Positions 42,097-56,365 of a stretch of DNA of 64,000 nt are shown piece by piece. A program made the position numbers and the translations under genes. Every line of letters begins with the position of its first letter. The first letter of the stretch is position 1. A model generated the notes under the pieces. That model searched no databases. It was given only the letters and a program-made list of their open reading frames with translations, and was not told the origin of the DNA. The stretch comes from an uncultured Thermoleophilia bacterium (GTDB lineage: Bacteria; Actinomycetota; Thermoleophilia; UBA2241): the NCBI GenBank assembly GCA_963707855.1, contig CAVPRQ010000020.1, positions 114,907-178,906 of the forward strand, in the 5' to 3' direction.

Positions 42097-42543
42097 GTGA
42101 GGATCGTTGCCGGCGCCGATCACGCCGGGTACGCCGTCAAGCAGGCCATGGTCCGCCGCCTGCGCGCCCAGGGCCACCAGGTCGTCGACATGGGGACCGA
42201 CGACGCCGAGACGTCGGTCGACTACCCCGACTACGCCCACCTCGTCGCCGCCGCCGTCGCCGGCGGGACCGCCGAGCGCGGCCTGCTCGTCTGCGGCACG
42301 GGGATCGGCATGTGCATGGCCGCCAACCGGCACCGCGGCGTGCGTGCCGCCGACTGCACGACGCCGCACCTCGCCGAGATGTCGCGGCGGCACAATGACG
42401 CCAACGTCCTCTGCCTCGCGGGTCGTCTGCTCTCGGAGGACGAGGCGTGGGCGATCACCGAGGTCTGGATGGCGACCCCGTTCGAGGGCGGTCGCCACGA
42501 GCCCCGCGTCGAGCGTATCGACGAGGAGGGTGACGGCGCGTGA
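42097..42543 (+). CDS. rpiB: ribose-5-phosphate isomerase B
   Basis: 148 aa. [15 protein letters not shown]...[22 protein letters not shown] is the RpiB/LacAB signature. Confidence 0.85.
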   Translation: MRIVAGADHAGYAVKQAMVRRLRAQGHQVVDMGTDDAETSVDYPDYAHLVAAAVAGGTAERGLLVCGTGIGMCMAANRHRGVRAADCTTPHLAEMSRRHNDANVLCLAGRLLSEDEAWAITEVWMATPFEGGRHEPRVERIDEEGDGA

Positions 42544-42612
42544 GCCCCGTCGGCCGCGAGTGGCGGCGCGAGCCCCTCTACCACCTCGACCCCGAGCTCA
42601 ACGAGCTCCTGT

Positions 42613-43114
42613 GAGCGAGCCACGCGACAGCGCCGCGGCAGGCAAGGCGTCGCCGTCGCGGCGGCCGAGCTGGGACGAGTACTTCCTGCAGCTCGCCCGC
42701 CAGGCGGCGACGCGCTCGACGTGCCTGCGGCGGCAGGTCGGCGCCGTCCTCGTGCGCGACAAGCGCCTGCTGGCCACCGGCTACAACGGCGCGCCGCGCG
42801 GCACCGCCCATTGTCTCGACATCGGCTGCCTGCGCGAGCAGCTCGGCATCCCGTCAGGCGAGCGCCAGGAGCTGTGCCGCGCCATCCACGCCGAGCAGAA
42901 CGCGATCATCCAGGCGGCCGTGCACGGGGTCGCCATCGAGGGCGCTACGCTCTACGCCACGCTGCACCCGTGCATCCTCTGCGCCAAGATGCTGATCAAC
43001 TGCGGCGTCAGGGAGATCCACTACCTCGAGGGCTACCCGGACGAGCTCTCGCGCGACATGCTCGCCGAGGCCGGGGTCACGCTCATCAAGGAGGACCTGC
43101 CATCGACGGGCTGA
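42613..43114 (+). CDS. dCMP/CMP deaminase family zinc enzyme (ComEB-like)
   Basis: A GTG at 42613 is proposed. [36 protein letters not shown] and [13 protein letters not shown] are cytidine/deoxycytidylate deaminase zinc motifs. This is the C-terminal part of track ORF 42107..43114. Confidence 0.75.
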
Positions 43115-43140
43115 TCAGCCTCTCGAGCTCCTCGCGCACG

Positions 43141-44214
43141 GCCGTGCTGGGCTTCGTGCTCGCCGCCGCCATCGTCCTGCTTGCGACGCCGCTCATGGGG
43201 AGGCTGGCGCGGCGCGCCGGCGTCGTCGACCACCCCTCGGAGGAGCGGCGCATGCACCGGCAGGCGACGCCGCTCCTCGGCGGGCTTGGTCTCTACGTCG
43301 CGTGGCTGGTCCCTGTGCTGCTCCTCGTGCACATCACGCGTCCGGTCTGGGGGATCATCGCCGGCGCCACCATCGTCGTCGCCGTCGGGCTGTTCGACGA
43401 CCTGTTCGAGCTCGAGCCCATCATCAAGTTCACCGGGCAGCTTCTCGCGATCGCCGTCGCGCTGTACTTCGAGGTGCGCATCACGCGCGTGGCGGTGCCG
43501 TTCGTCGACGAGTTCATCCAGTTCCCGGGCGTGTTCTCGCTGCTCGTGACCGTGCTCTGGATGGCGGCGGTCATCAACATGGTCAACTTCATCGACGGTC
43601 TTGACGGGCTCGCCGCCGGCGTGTGCGGCATCGCCGCCGTCACCTTCGCCGTGATCTCGATCTCGACAGGCTTCTCCGGCCTCGGCATCCTCGCCGCTGT
43701 CCTGGCGGGGGCGACGTTCGCCTTTCTGCGCTTCAACTTCCACCCGGCGAGCATCTTCATGGGCGACGCCGGATCGATGCTGCTCGGCTTCGTGCTCGGT
43801 GCGATCAGCGTGCAGAGCGTGATGAAGGGCACCGCCGCCGTCGCCCTGCTGCTGCCCCTGCTGGTCCTGGGCGTGCCGTTCATCGACCTCTTCCTCATCG
43901 TGTGGCGGCGGTGGAGGCGCGGGGTCCCTTTCTACGCCGCAGGGGCCGACCACGTGCACCACGATCTCGTCCTCGTGCACGGCTTCTCGCAGCGCAAGAG
44001 CGTCCTCGTGCTCTACACGTGGTGTGTCCTGCTCAACGGCCTCGCCATCGCCATGCAGCAGGACTCCACCTGGGCGACGATCGTGCTGGGAGCCTCCGCC
44101 GCGGTCGCGACCGCGTACATGGCACGACTCCTGAGCCGGTACCGATCGGGTCGCGGACCCGCCTCCCCCGACGCCTCCAACGGGTCCGCTGCCGTCGGCG
44201 CAGGCGGGTCATGA
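43141..44214 (+). CDS. glycosyltransferase family 4 polyprenyl-phosphate sugar-1-phosphate transferase (WecA/TagO/MraY-like)
   Basis: An approximately 357-aa polytopic membrane protein with DDLFEL and NMVNFIDGLDGLAAG motifs. The start (GTG 43141) is approximate. It is the C-terminal part of track ORF 42721..44214. Confidence 0.75.
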   Translation, partial: AVLGFVLAAAIVLLATPLMGRLARRAGVVDHPSEERRMHRQATPLLGGLGLYVAWLVPVLLLVHITRPVWGIIAGATIVVAVGLFDDLFELEPIIKFTGQLLAIAVALYFEVRITRVAVPFVDEFIQFPGVFSLLVTVLWMAAVINMVNFIDGLDGLAAGVCGIAAVTFAVISISTGFSGLGILAAVLAGATFAFLRFNFHPASIFMGDAGSMLLGFVLGAISVQSVMKGTAAVALLLPLLVLGVPFIDLFLIVWRRWRRGVPFYAAGADHVHHDLVLVHGFSQRKSVLVLYTWCVLLNGLAIAMQQDSTWATIVLGASAAVATAYMARLLSRYRSGRGPASPDASNGSAAVGAGGS

Positions 44215-44263
44215 GCGTTCTGGCGCGCCGGAGCCCGGGGGTTTTCACCACGCGCGCGTTGCC

Positions 44264-44512
44264 TTGCTTCGACGCGGCGGTTATAGTGTGACGCCACATC
44301 GACCGGGCAGTGCGGAGGACGAGGGTCGGCGGCCGTCTCCGTCCGGGGAGTCCGTGGCCTTCCTGATCCTGGGAGGCGTGGTCACGGGCGGGGCCGTGGG
44401 TGCGGCCGTCGACTGGGTCATCGACCAGTTCCCGCTCTGCACGGCCATCGGTGTGTTCGTCGGGTTCGCCCTGGCGCTCTACGCGGTCTACCTCGAGACG
44501 AAGCCGCGATAG
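44264..44512 (+). CDS. small membrane protein upstream of atp operon (AtpZ-like)
   Basis: The 82-aa ORF ends with two hydrophobic helices (FLILGGVVTGGAVGAAVDWVIDQF...IGVFVGFALALYAVYL). Its position and size fit AtpZ. The start is uncertain. Confidence 0.45.
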   Translation: MLRRGGYSVTPHRPGSAEDEGRRPSPSGESVAFLILGGVVTGGAVGAAVDWVIDQFPLCTAIGVFVGFALALYAVYLETKPR

Positions 44513-44537
44513 GCCGCTTCGGGGGGAAGAAGGGGAG

Positions 44538-44918
44538 ATGAGCAGGCAGCTGATCACGCCTCTCGCGCTGTGCGGAATGGTGGCCGTCTGCGTCGCCGTG
44601 GCGGCGGCCACGGGGAACCCCGTCTGGGCCGCCGCGCTCGGCGCCGGCCTGGCGCTGCTCATGTGGGGTCTCGAGTACCTCGGCTGGCGCCGTGCCCGCG
44701 TCTCGAGCTTCAACGGGGCGGTCGCGGTCGCTCTCGGCGGCATGATGCTGCGTCTGGCCGCCGTGCTCGGCATCCTCATCGTCGTGGGCGTGCTCGACCG
44801 CGATGCCTTCGCCACCACCGCGCTTAGCTTCCTCGCCGCGTTCACCGTGTACGGCGCGCTGCGGCTGTTCCTGTTCGCCGGCGAGCCGGCGACCCGCCGA
44901 GAGGCGCGCCCCCAGTGA
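44538..44918 (+). CDS. atpI: ATP synthase protein I
   Basis: An ATG at 44538 gives a 126-aa protein with 4 predicted TM helices immediately upstream of atpB. Confidence 0.6.
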   Translation: MSRQLITPLALCGMVAVCVAVAAATGNPVWAAALGAGLALLMWGLEYLGWRRARVSSFNGAVAVALGGMMLRLAAVLGILIVVGVLDRDAFATTALSFLAAFTVYGALRLFLFAGEPATRREARPQ

Positions 44919-45769
44919 AGAAGGCCCTGCTCTCCCTGTGGCTCGTCCTCGGCGCGGCGGCGCTCGTCGCCCTGGCCATCATCCCCGGTGGCGAAAAGGA
45001 GGAGCACTCGGTCGCGGCCGAGTTCGATCTGCACCCCATCGTCGAGCTGCCCAAGCTCGGCCCCGTGGACCTCTCGATCACGAAGGCCGTCGTCTATCTG
45101 TGGATCGCCGCCGCTGTCCTCATCGTGGTGGCGATCGTCCTGTCGCGCACGATCAAGCCCACGCCGTCGCGCTTCCAGTTCGCCATCGAGTCGCTCTACG
45201 AGCTCGCCCGCGACGGCATCGTCGGTTCGGTCATGAAGAGCGGCCAGGCGACGTGGTTCCCGTACATCGCCGGCGCCTTCTTCTTCGTCCTCACGTCGAA
45301 CCTGATCGGCCTGATCCCTCTGCCGTTCGCCGAGCACTGGCAGCTGGGCTTCTACGCCGCCACGGCGAACCTCTACGTGACGCTCGGCTTGGCCCTGTTC
45401 ACGTTCGTCTTCACGCACTACGCCGGCATCCGCAAGAACGGCGCCGTGCGCTACTTCAGGAACTGGGCGCCGCCGAGCGCTCCGCCCGTGCTCAAGCAGC
45501 TGATCTTCGTGATCCACGCCGTGAGCGAGGTCTTCCGTCTCGTCTCGCTCTCCGTGCGACTCTTCGCCAACATGCTCGCCGGTCACGCCATCCTCGGCGT
45601 GTTCTTCGCCATGGCGCTGATCTTCCAGAACTACCTCGCCGCCTTGCTGCTGCAGGGCGGCTCCGTGCTCATCTACCTGTTCGAGATCTTCGTCGCCTTC
45701 ATCCAGGCGTTCATCTTCGCCATCCTCTCCGCCGTGTACATCGGCGGGGCGTTGGACCAGGAGCACTGA
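44915..45769 (+). CDS. atpB: F0F1 ATP synthase subunit a
   Basis: 284 aa. The motifs RLFANMLAGH are conserved, including the essential Arg. Confidence 0.9.
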   Translation: MKKALLSLWLVLGAAALVALAIIPGGEKEEHSVAAEFDLHPIVELPKLGPVDLSITKAVVYLWIAAAVLIVVAIVLSRTIKPTPSRFQFAIESLYELARDGIVGSVMKSGQATWFPYIAGAFFFVLTSNLIGLIPLPFAEHWQLGFYAATANLYVTLGLALFTFVFTHYAGIRKNGAVRYFRNWAPPSAPPVLKQLIFVIHAVSEVFRLVSLSVRLFANMLAGHAILGVFFAMALIFQNYLAALLLQGGSVLIYLFEIFVAFIQAFIFAILSAVYIGGALDQEH

Positions 45770-46063
<294 letters not shown>

Positions 46064-46106
46064 GCGGGGTCGCGCGCGAGGTGTCCCCGACGGAACGGAG
46101 AGTCGC

Positions 46107-46616
46107 ATGCTGAACACCGAGTGGGGTCTGATGGTCTGGACCTTCGTCACCTTCGGCATAGCTGTGCTCATCCTCTGGAAGTTCGCCTTCGGGCCGCTGC
46201 AGCGCGTCATCGACGAGCGCCGTGCGCGCATCCAGGAGAGCATGGACGCCGCCGACGAGACGCGCGCCGAGGCGCAGCGGCTGCTCGACGAGTACAAGCA
46301 GACGCTCGCCGAGGTGCGCGGCGAGGCCGAGGAGATCCTCGAGCGCTCGCGCAACGCCGGCGAGGCGACCAAGGCCGAGATCCTCGCCGAGTCGCGCGCC
46401 CAGGCAGAGCGCGTGGTGACGAAGGCGCACGAGCAGATCGAGCGCGAGACGCGTGCCGCGCTGCAGGAACTCAAGACGCAGGTCGCCGAGCTCACGCTGC
46501 TCGCCACCGAGAAGGTGGCGGCGAGCAGCCTCAGCGAGGCCGACCAGCGGCGGCTCATCGACGCCGCCCTCGCCGAGATGGATTTCGACCGCATCGGCAC
46601 GGAGCCGAACGGGTGA
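46107..46616 (+). CDS. atpF: F0F1 ATP synthase subunit b
   Basis: 169 aa with a single N-terminal TM helix and a long charged coiled coil. Confidence 0.85.
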   Translation: MLNTEWGLMVWTFVTFGIAVLILWKFAFGPLQRVIDERRARIQESMDAADETRAEAQRLLDEYKQTLAEVRGEAEEILERSRNAGEATKAEILAESRAQAERVVTKAHEQIERETRAALQELKTQVAELTLLATEKVAASSLSEADQRRLIDAALAEMDFDRIGTEPNG

Positions 46617-47166
46617 GCGAAGGACAGGTCGCACGCGTCTACGCGCGAGCTCTGTTCAGCGCCGCGCAGGCCGCGGACAGGGTCGGGCCGGTGCGCCGCG
46701 AGCTGGGCGACTTCGTCGCCGCCCTCGCGGCCTCCGCGCCGCTACGCCACGTTCTCGCCGACCCGCAGGTCGACGAGGCCGCCAAGCGACGCGTCCTCGC
46801 CGAGCTGACGCGTGACGCCGAGCCGCTCGTCGCCAACACACTGCAGCTTCTGCTGCAGAAGGGCCGACTCGTCGTCGTCGCCGAGCTCTCCTCCGAGCTC
46901 GAGGCGCTGGCGGCGGCCGAGGCCGAGGTCGTCAAGGTCGAGGTCACCTCGGCCGTCGAGCTGGGTCCAGACGCCGAGGAGCGTCTTACCGCCAAGGTCG
47001 CCGCGGCGACCGGCCGGCGAGTGGAGTTGACCAAGCGGGTCGACGCCGGCGTCCTCGGCGGTCTCGTGGTCCGCGTCGGCGACGTGATCGTCGACGGCAG
47101 TCTGCGCTCGCGCATCCGCCAGTTGCGCCGGCGTCTTGTCACAGCAGAAGTGAGAGGTGACGCGAA

Positions 47167-47170
<4 letters not shown>
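46613..47170 (+). CDS. atpH: F0F1 ATP synthase subunit delta
   Basis: A GTG at 46613 gives [10 protein letters not shown]..., an OSCP-family protein. It is the in-frame part of track ORF 46121..47170. Confidence 0.8.
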
Positions 47171-48693
<1,523 letters not shown>

Positions 48694-48694
48694 G

Positions 48695-49573
48695 GTGGCC
48701 ACCCTGCGTGACATCCGCCGGCGCATCGCGTCGGTCCAGAACACGCGCAAGATCACCAAGGCCATGGAGATGGTCGCGGCGGCCAAGCTGCGCCGCGCGC
48801 AGGGCCGTATCGAGGCGCTGCGCCCGTACGCGATCGACATGGTCGAGATGATGATGGACCTCGCGACGTACTCCGAGGAGACCCTCCAGTACGCGCTTCT
48901 GCGCGAGCGCGCCGAGGAGCGCGCCGTGGCCCTCGTCGTCATGACCGGCGACCGTGGACTGGCGGGTTCTTTCAACGCCAACGTGATCCGTCGAGCGGTC
49001 GAGGAGGAGCGTGTCCTGCGCGAGGCCGGCGAGACCGTCCGCCTGATGGCCGTCGGCAAGAAGGGCATCGGGACGCTGCGCTTTCGTCGCTTCGAGCTGG
49101 ACGAGACCTGGCAGGGTCTCAGCGACCGCCCCGAGTACACGCACGCGCAGCAGATCGCCCAGCGCGTCATCGAGGAGTTCGTCGGCGAGCGCGTCGACCG
49201 CGTGCGCCTGATCTACAACCACTTCAAGTCGCCGATGGAGCAGAAGCTCATGGATGTGACGATCCTGCCCATCCGGCGCGAGGAGGTCATCGACGAGCGC
49301 CGCGAACAGCGTCCGGTGACGTACCTCTACGAGCCCGACCCGGCGACGATCTTCGAGCGGCTGCTGCCCGCCTACGTCGAGATCGCCGTGTACCGCGCCC
49401 TGCTCGAGTCGAGCGCCAGCGAGCAGGGGGCGCGCATGACCGCCATGCGCAATGCGAGCGAGAGCGCCGAGGAGATGCTCGGCGACCTCACACTGGCGCT
49501 CAACCGCGCCCGCCAGGCGGCGATCACGCAGGAGATCCTCGAGGTCGTGGCGGGCGCCGAGGCCCTCGGATGA
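48695..49573 (+). CDS. atpG: F0F1 ATP synthase subunit gamma
   Basis: 292 aa. MATLRDIRRRIASVQNTRKITKAMEMVAAAKL is conserved. Confidence 0.9.
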   Translation: MATLRDIRRRIASVQNTRKITKAMEMVAAAKLRRAQGRIEALRPYAIDMVEMMMDLATYSEETLQYALLRERAEERAVALVVMTGDRGLAGSFNANVIRRAVEEERVLREAGETVRLMAVGKKGIGTLRFRRFELDETWQGLSDRPEYTHAQQIAQRVIEEFVGERVDRVRLIYNHFKSPMEQKLMDVTILPIRREEVIDERREQRPVTYLYEPDPATIFERLLPAYVEIAVYRALLESSASEQGARMTAMRNASESAEEMLGDLTLALNRARQAAITQEILEVVAGAEALG

Positions 49574-51037
<1,464 letters not shown>

Positions 51038-51048
51038 GCGCCGTCGTC

Positions 51049-51477
51049 ATGGCCGACACGGCGCTGCATCTCGAGGTCGTCACGCCCGAGGGCGAGGTGT
51101 ACCGCGACGACGTCGCCATGGTGGTGCTGCCGGGCGTCGAGGGAGAGCTGGGCATCCTCGCCCGGCACCAGCCCCTCGTGACGCTGCTCGGCATCGGCGA
51201 GACGCGCGTCAAGCGGCTCGACGGAGCCTACGAGTACATCGCCACGGGGGTCGGCTACGCCGAGGTGCTCTTCGACAAGGTCATGGTCGTGGTCGACCAC
51301 GGCGAGCTCGCCGGGCACATCGACGTCGACCGGGCCGGAGAGGCCGCCCGTCGCGCCCGCGACCAGCTCGCGAGTCGCGGCGACCCAGGAGCCAGGGCGG
51401 AAGTCGACTTCTTCCGCGCCGAGCAGGCGCTCAAGCGCGCGGAGAACCGTCTGCGCGTCGCGCGGCGCGGCGTCTGA
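51049..51477 (+). CDS. atpC: F0F1 ATP synthase subunit epsilon
   Basis: An ATG at 51049 gives MADTALHLEVVTPEGEV, with a beta-sandwich plus helical C-terminus. It lies within track ORF 50938..51477. Confidence 0.85.
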   Translation: MADTALHLEVVTPEGEVYRDDVAMVVLPGVEGELGILARHQPLVTLLGIGETRVKRLDGAYEYIATGVGYAEVLFDKVMVVVDHGELAGHIDVDRAGEAARRARDQLASRGDPGARAEVDFFRAEQALKRAENRLRVARRGV

Positions 51478-51610
51478 GGCACTCGGCCGGCGCCGGCGCG
51501 CACCGGCGCGACGACTGAGGCGCGGGTCGGCAGCGGGCCGGCGCGTCGCTCACCCGCCCGCGCCGCGGACGCGTCGCGCATGCGCGCACGCTATACTTGC
51601 GGACTGTCTC

Positions 51611-52942
51611 ATGGACGGGAGCTTCGAACACACGGAGCGCCTCCTGGTCCGCGGCGGTCGCCGTCTCAGCGGCGACGTCGTCCTTTCGGGGGCCAAGAAC
51701 TCGGCGCTCAAACTCATGGCGGCCAGTCTGCTCACGGCGGAGCCGTGCGCGATCCGTCATGTCCCGCGCATCAGTGACGTCGAGACCATGACGGACATGC
51801 TCGCGGCCCTCGGCGCCGACGTCAGCCGGGACGGCGACGCATTGCGGGTCACCGCCGGTCCGGGGCTCACCGGCTGCGCACCGTACGAGCTCGTCCGCAC
51901 GATGCGCGCGAGCATCATCGTCATGGGGCCGCTGGTGGCCCGCCTGGGTGAGGCGACGATCGCCATGCCGGGCGGCTGCAACATCGGGCCGCGGCGCATC
52001 GACTTCCACCTCCGCGGCCTCGAGAAGCTCGGCGCCACGATCGAGATCGAGCACGGGTTCATCAAGGTCGCCTGCGACCGCCTGCGCGGCGCCGTCGTCG
52101 CCCTCGACTACCCGAGCGTGGGAGCGACCGAGAACCTGCTCATGGCGGCCACGGCCGCCGACGGCGAGACCGTTATCGAGAACGCCGCCCGCGAGCCCGA
52201 GATCGTCGACCTCTGCGACTTCCTCAGCGGCATGGGCGCCGCGATCGAGGGAGCGGGGACCAGCGCCGTGCGCATCGAGGGCGGGCATCCGCTGCACGGC
52301 GTCGACCACCCCGTGATCGCCGACCGCATCGAGGCCGGCACGTACCTGATCATGGGCGCCGCCAGTGGCGGCGACGTCACGGTCCACGGCCTCGATCCCG
52401 TGCATCTCGAGCTCTTCCTCGGCAAGCTCGCGCTCATGGGCGTGGCCGTCGACGCTGACGAGCGCGGCATCCGCGTTCGCCGCGACGGCGGACTGACGCC
52501 GGTCGACGTCTCCACGTTGCCGCACCCGGGGTTCGCCACCGATCTGCAGGCCCAGATGATGGTCCTGCTCTCGCTCGCCGACGGCACCTCCATCGTCACC
52601 GAGAACGTGTTCGAGAACCGCTTCGTCGTCGTCGACGAGCTGAACCGGCTGGGCGCGGGCATCACGACGAGCGGGCATCACGCCGTGGTCGCCGGACCCC
52701 GCGCGCTCACCGGGAGCGTCGTCGAGGCCCCGGACCTGCGGGGAGGGGCGGCCCTGGTCACTGCCGGCCTGGTCGCGGACGGCGTCACCGAGGTCCGGGG
52801 CATCCATCACGTCGACCGCGGGTACGAAGACCTCTGCGACAAGCTCGGCGCTCTGGGCGCCGACGTGACGCGCACGATCGTGCCCGGCGGGGATCCCGCC
52901 GGGAAAGGCGCGTCGCGGGTCGGCGCCCGACTGTCCCAATGA
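51611..52942 (+). CDS. murA: UDP-N-acetylglucosamine 1-carboxyvinyltransferase
   Basis: 443 aa. LVRGGRRLSGDVVLSGAKNSALKLMAASLL and active-site Cys context (PGGCNIGPRRID, Cys in the catalytic loop) are present. Confidence 0.9.
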   Translation: MDGSFEHTERLLVRGGRRLSGDVVLSGAKNSALKLMAASLLTAEPCAIRHVPRISDVETMTDMLAALGADVSRDGDALRVTAGPGLTGCAPYELVRTMRASIIVMGPLVARLGEATIAMPGGCNIGPRRIDFHLRGLEKLGATIEIEHGFIKVACDRLRGAVVALDYPSVGATENLLMAATAADGETVIENAAREPEIVDLCDFLSGMGAAIEGAGTSAVRIEGGHPLHGVDHPVIADRIEAGTYLIMGAASGGDVTVHGLDPVHLELFLGKLALMGVAVDADERGIRVRRDGGLTPVDVSTLPHPGFATDLQAQMMVLLSLADGTSIVTENVFENRFVVVDELNRLGAGITTSGHHAVVAGPRALTGSVVEAPDLRGGAALVTAGLVADGVTEVRGIHHVDRGYEDLCDKLGALGADVTRTIVPGGDPAGKGASRVGARLSQ

Positions 52943-55060
52943 GCAGCGACGGAACATATACGGTCTATCGCGCGGGCCGGGACGCGCCGGTCCGGCGCGA
53001 GTCGCGCGGAGCCGCGGGGGCGCCGCGTGTCGCGCCGGCCGCGGGAGCGGGCGTTCCGCCGCGCGCGCCTGCCGAACCGCTCGCCGCGCTCTCGCGCCGA
53101 CAGCGGGCACGACCACACCGTTCGCGCTCCGTCCTCCTGTGGTCGCTCGTCGGGGCCGCTCTGGTCGCCGGCGCCGTCCTCTTCTGGCTCTACGGGCGCC
53201 GGCCGCTTGCAGGACCTCTGGACGGTGCTCGACCTTGCCGAATCGACGGGAGACATGCCTCCGTGGCTCCTCGTCGGCGTCCCGGGGCTTGCCGTGGCGG
53301 TGGCGGCCGCCGTCACCGCCTACCTCGCTTTCGGTCATCACCTCGCGCTCAAGGTGATCGGCCTGGTCGTCGTCACGATCGCGCTGGCGGCGCCAGGGTT
53401 CGCGCTGGGCTGGACCAACGGGACGCTGGGCGAGATGGGAGACCGGAGCGCCGATGTCGTCGTCGCGGTCGAGAAGACCCGCGAGAAGCTGCAGCCGCCG
53501 TTGCCCGGCAAGGCGGTCAACATCCTGCTTCTCGGCGCCGACAAGCGCCCCGACGACCCGGGGCGAGCCGACACGATGGTCCTTGTGCGCCTCGACCCGG
53601 CGACCAAGAGCATCACCATGCTCTCGTTCCCGCGCGACCTCTACGTGGAGATCCCTGGCCGCGGCTACGACAAGATGAACGCCGCCTACCCGTACGGCGG
53701 GGCGGCGCTCGTCGTCGAGACGGTGGGCCAGCTCACCGGCCTGCCGATCCACCACTTCATCGAGGTCGACTTCGGCGGTTTCTGGTCCGTGGTCACCATC
53801 CTCGGCGGCGTGTACTACCCCGTCGACCGGCGCTACTACAACCCACCGGGCACTGGTTACCTGCCCATCGACCTCGAGCCCGGCTACCAGCTCCTCCGGG
53901 GCCATGACGCGCTCGGTTTCGTGCGCTTCCGCCACGATCAGCTCGGCGACTTCTCGCGCATCCGGCGCCAGCAGACCTTCCTCAAGGAGCTGCAGCGCCA
54001 GTCCGGGCGCTGGAACAAGGACTGGAAGAGGGTCACCAAGCTGCTCACGTCGATCACGAAGAACACGACGTCGGACCTCGACTCGCTGGGGACCCTGCTG
54101 CCGCTCGCCAGTCTCGCCCTGACGCTCGACACGAGCAACGTGCACTCGGTGCAGCTGCAGGGGTCGATGAGCATGATGGACGGGCTCTCGTACGTGGTCG
54201 CCTCGAGCGAGGAGGTGCAGGATGCGGTGGCCGAGTTCTCCGACCCGACGCAGGCGCCGGTGGCCAAGAAGGGCGGCGTCATGCCCAAGCGGGCCTACAC
54301 GGTCCGCGTCCTCAACGGCAGCGGCGTGCCCGGTATCGCGGCCGCGGCGGCCGACCAGCTCGCCGGCCAGGGCTTCCGGGCCGAGGCGGTCGGCGATGCC
54401 GACACGTTCGCCTACGAAGCGTCGGTGGTGTACGCGCCGGAGGGCATGGATACCACCGCCCAGCAGTTCGTGCATCTTCTGGCGCCCGCCGAGCTCCGCG
54501 TGCTCCCGCGCGCCCCAGGCCAGGCAGACGGCATCACGATCGTCATCGGTTCGAGCTTCGACGGCACGATCGACGTCCCCGAACCGCAGGTGGAGGAGAA
54601 CCCGCTTCTCACGACGCGGGGGCGTTACGACGAGGCGGGCTGGCGGGCGCTCGACGCCCAGACTCCGCTCAAGCTGGAGATGCCGGGCGTGTGGGCCCCC
54701 GGGCTCGCCTACGACGAGTTCCGCGCCTATCGCATCAAGACGCCTGAGGGCCGGCAGGCCTCCTCGGCCGTGGCTGTCGGACGGACGCCGCGTTCCGGGT
54801 ACTTCAGCATCCAGGTGACGCGTTGGCTCCATCCTCCGGCGATCGCCCACCCGACCACGCGGAAGACGATCGGCGGGACGACGTACTTGCAGTTCTACAG
54901 CGGCGCGCGCCTGCACATGGTGGCGTGGCGGCGGGGCAACGCTCTGTACTGGGTGCTCAACACCCTCGATGACGAGCTTCCCGCCGACTTCATGATGGCG
55001 CTGGCGAGGTCGTTCGCGCCGCTCGACCCGGTCCAGCCCGAGGTGTCGGCCTCGCCGTGA
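52939..55060 (+). CDS. LytR-CpsA-Psr (LCP) family protein with LytR_C and an extra C-terminal domain, possible frameshift near 53200
   Basis: LCP motifs NILLLGADKRP...RADTMVLVRLDP...LSFPRDLYVEIPG are present, with the LytR_C-like YTVRVLNGSGVPGIA. An ATGA overlap with the murA stop at 52939 opens a TM-containing frame that differs from the main frame (53027..), suggesting an indel. The alternative start is M at 53255. Confidence 0.65.
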
Positions 55061-56343
55061 GACGGGGCCGCGCCGTGCGCCGCCTGCTCGATCCGTGGGC
55101 CGGCCTGCTCTTCACGGCGCTCATCGTCCTCGGCGTGGTGATCCTGTTGGCCACGCCTGGCCCCTGGCGCGTGGTCGGGGAGAGCGAGGCGCCGGTGACG
55201 CTCGCCCCCCAGCCCCCGAACGACCTCGCCGTCTTCGTCCTGGCGGGTCCCGCGGCGGCGCGCTGCACTGCCGTCGTGTGGCTTCATGTCGAGCACGAGT
55301 CGCCGGCGCTCACGGCGACCCTGGTGCCCGCGCAGACGCGGTGCGCGGTCCCGGAAGGAGGCTACGCACCGCTGCGGCGCCTCGTCACCGACGTGGGCGC
55401 CGCGGAAGCGAGCGACGCGCTCGGCTGGGTGCTGGGAGTCGAGTTCGACGGCTGGGTGACGCTGGACCGCGGCGCCTTGCTGCGCCTGTTCACGGCGGCG
55501 CGCGCCTCGGGCGGCGGGCGCAAGGGTCTGCTCGGTCTCAAGGCCGCGATGGCCGCGTACTCGGCGCCGGCGCGCGACGTCGCCACCCTGCGCCTCCAGA
55601 GAGCGGCGCTCGAGGGCAGTCTCGGCGCTCTGCCCTTCGAGAGGCTGAACGCCAATGCCGTCGTCAACTACGCCCTTGGGTCGGCCGACGTCCACACCGG
55701 CCTCGACCTGCGTGGGGCCTCGAGGCTGACGGCGACGTTCAGCGCGCTCGGCGCGCGCGACGTCGCCGTCGGCGCGGCGGCGGCGATCGTCGAGCGCTGC
55801 GGCGCCGCGCGTTCGTGGCGCCTCGACGCGAGCCGGCTGGGGCCGTTGCGCCTGTCGCTCGCCCTCGGTCTTGACGCGCCGCGGGTGGAGCCGAAGGTCG
55901 CGATGCGCGAGCGAGTCGCGGAGGTGCTCGTGGTGACCCTGGACCCGTTCCGGGGGCGCGCGTTCGCGCGCGACCTCGAGGTCGCGCTGCGGGCGAACGG
56001 GGCGCTGCCCGTCGCCGTCCGCAGCGTGGCGTTGGACGGGGAGGGGGCGGCGCGGCAGCTCGCCGCTACCCTCGCCGAACGGCGCCCGCTCGCCGTCGTC
56101 CTGGCGCCGGACGCCGCCGGGGATGGGCGCGGCGCCGACGTCGCCGAGCCTCTCGCGGCGATGGCGGACGTGCTGCGGCTGACCAGTCAGCCCGGCGTGA
56201 TCGTCGGCGGCGAGGGCTGGGCGGGCGACGAGGTGGAGGCGGCGGTGGCGGCGAGCCGCCTGCCGTTCATCGAGTCCGTGACATCGCCGACTCCCTCACC
56301 GGCGTCTGGGACGCTGGATCTGCCCAGGCGAGGCGCGCCGTGA
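55057..56343 (+). CDS. hypothetical membrane-anchored protein
   Basis: 428-aa ORF with an N-terminal TM (LLFTALIVLGVVILLA), translationally coupled to the LCP gene. No recognised motif. Confidence 0.5.
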   Translation: MRRGRAVRRLLDPWAGLLFTALIVLGVVILLATPGPWRVVGESEAPVTLAPQPPNDLAVFVLAGPAAARCTAVVWLHVEHESPALTATLVPAQTRCAVPEGGYAPLRRLVTDVGAAEASDALGWVLGVEFDGWVTLDRGALLRLFTAARASGGGRKGLLGLKAAMAAYSAPARDVATLRLQRAALEGSLGALPFERLNANAVVNYALGSADVHTGLDLRGASRLTATFSALGARDVAVGAAAAIVERCGAARSWRLDASRLGPLRLSLALGLDAPRVEPKVAMRERVAEVLVVTLDPFRGRAFARDLEVALRANGALPVAVRSVALDGEGAARQLAATLAERRPLAVVLAPDAAGDGRGADVAEPLAAMADVLRLTSQPGVIVGGEGWAGDEVEAAVAASRLPFIESVTSPTPSPASGTLDLPRRGAP

Positions 56344-56365
56344 GACGGCGCGCCTCGCCGCGGAG

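Noticed and set aside
51431-54916. 1161-aa minus-strand ORF
   Set aside because: It is antisense to murA and the LCP gene, with an Arg/Ala/Gly-rich nonsense translation.
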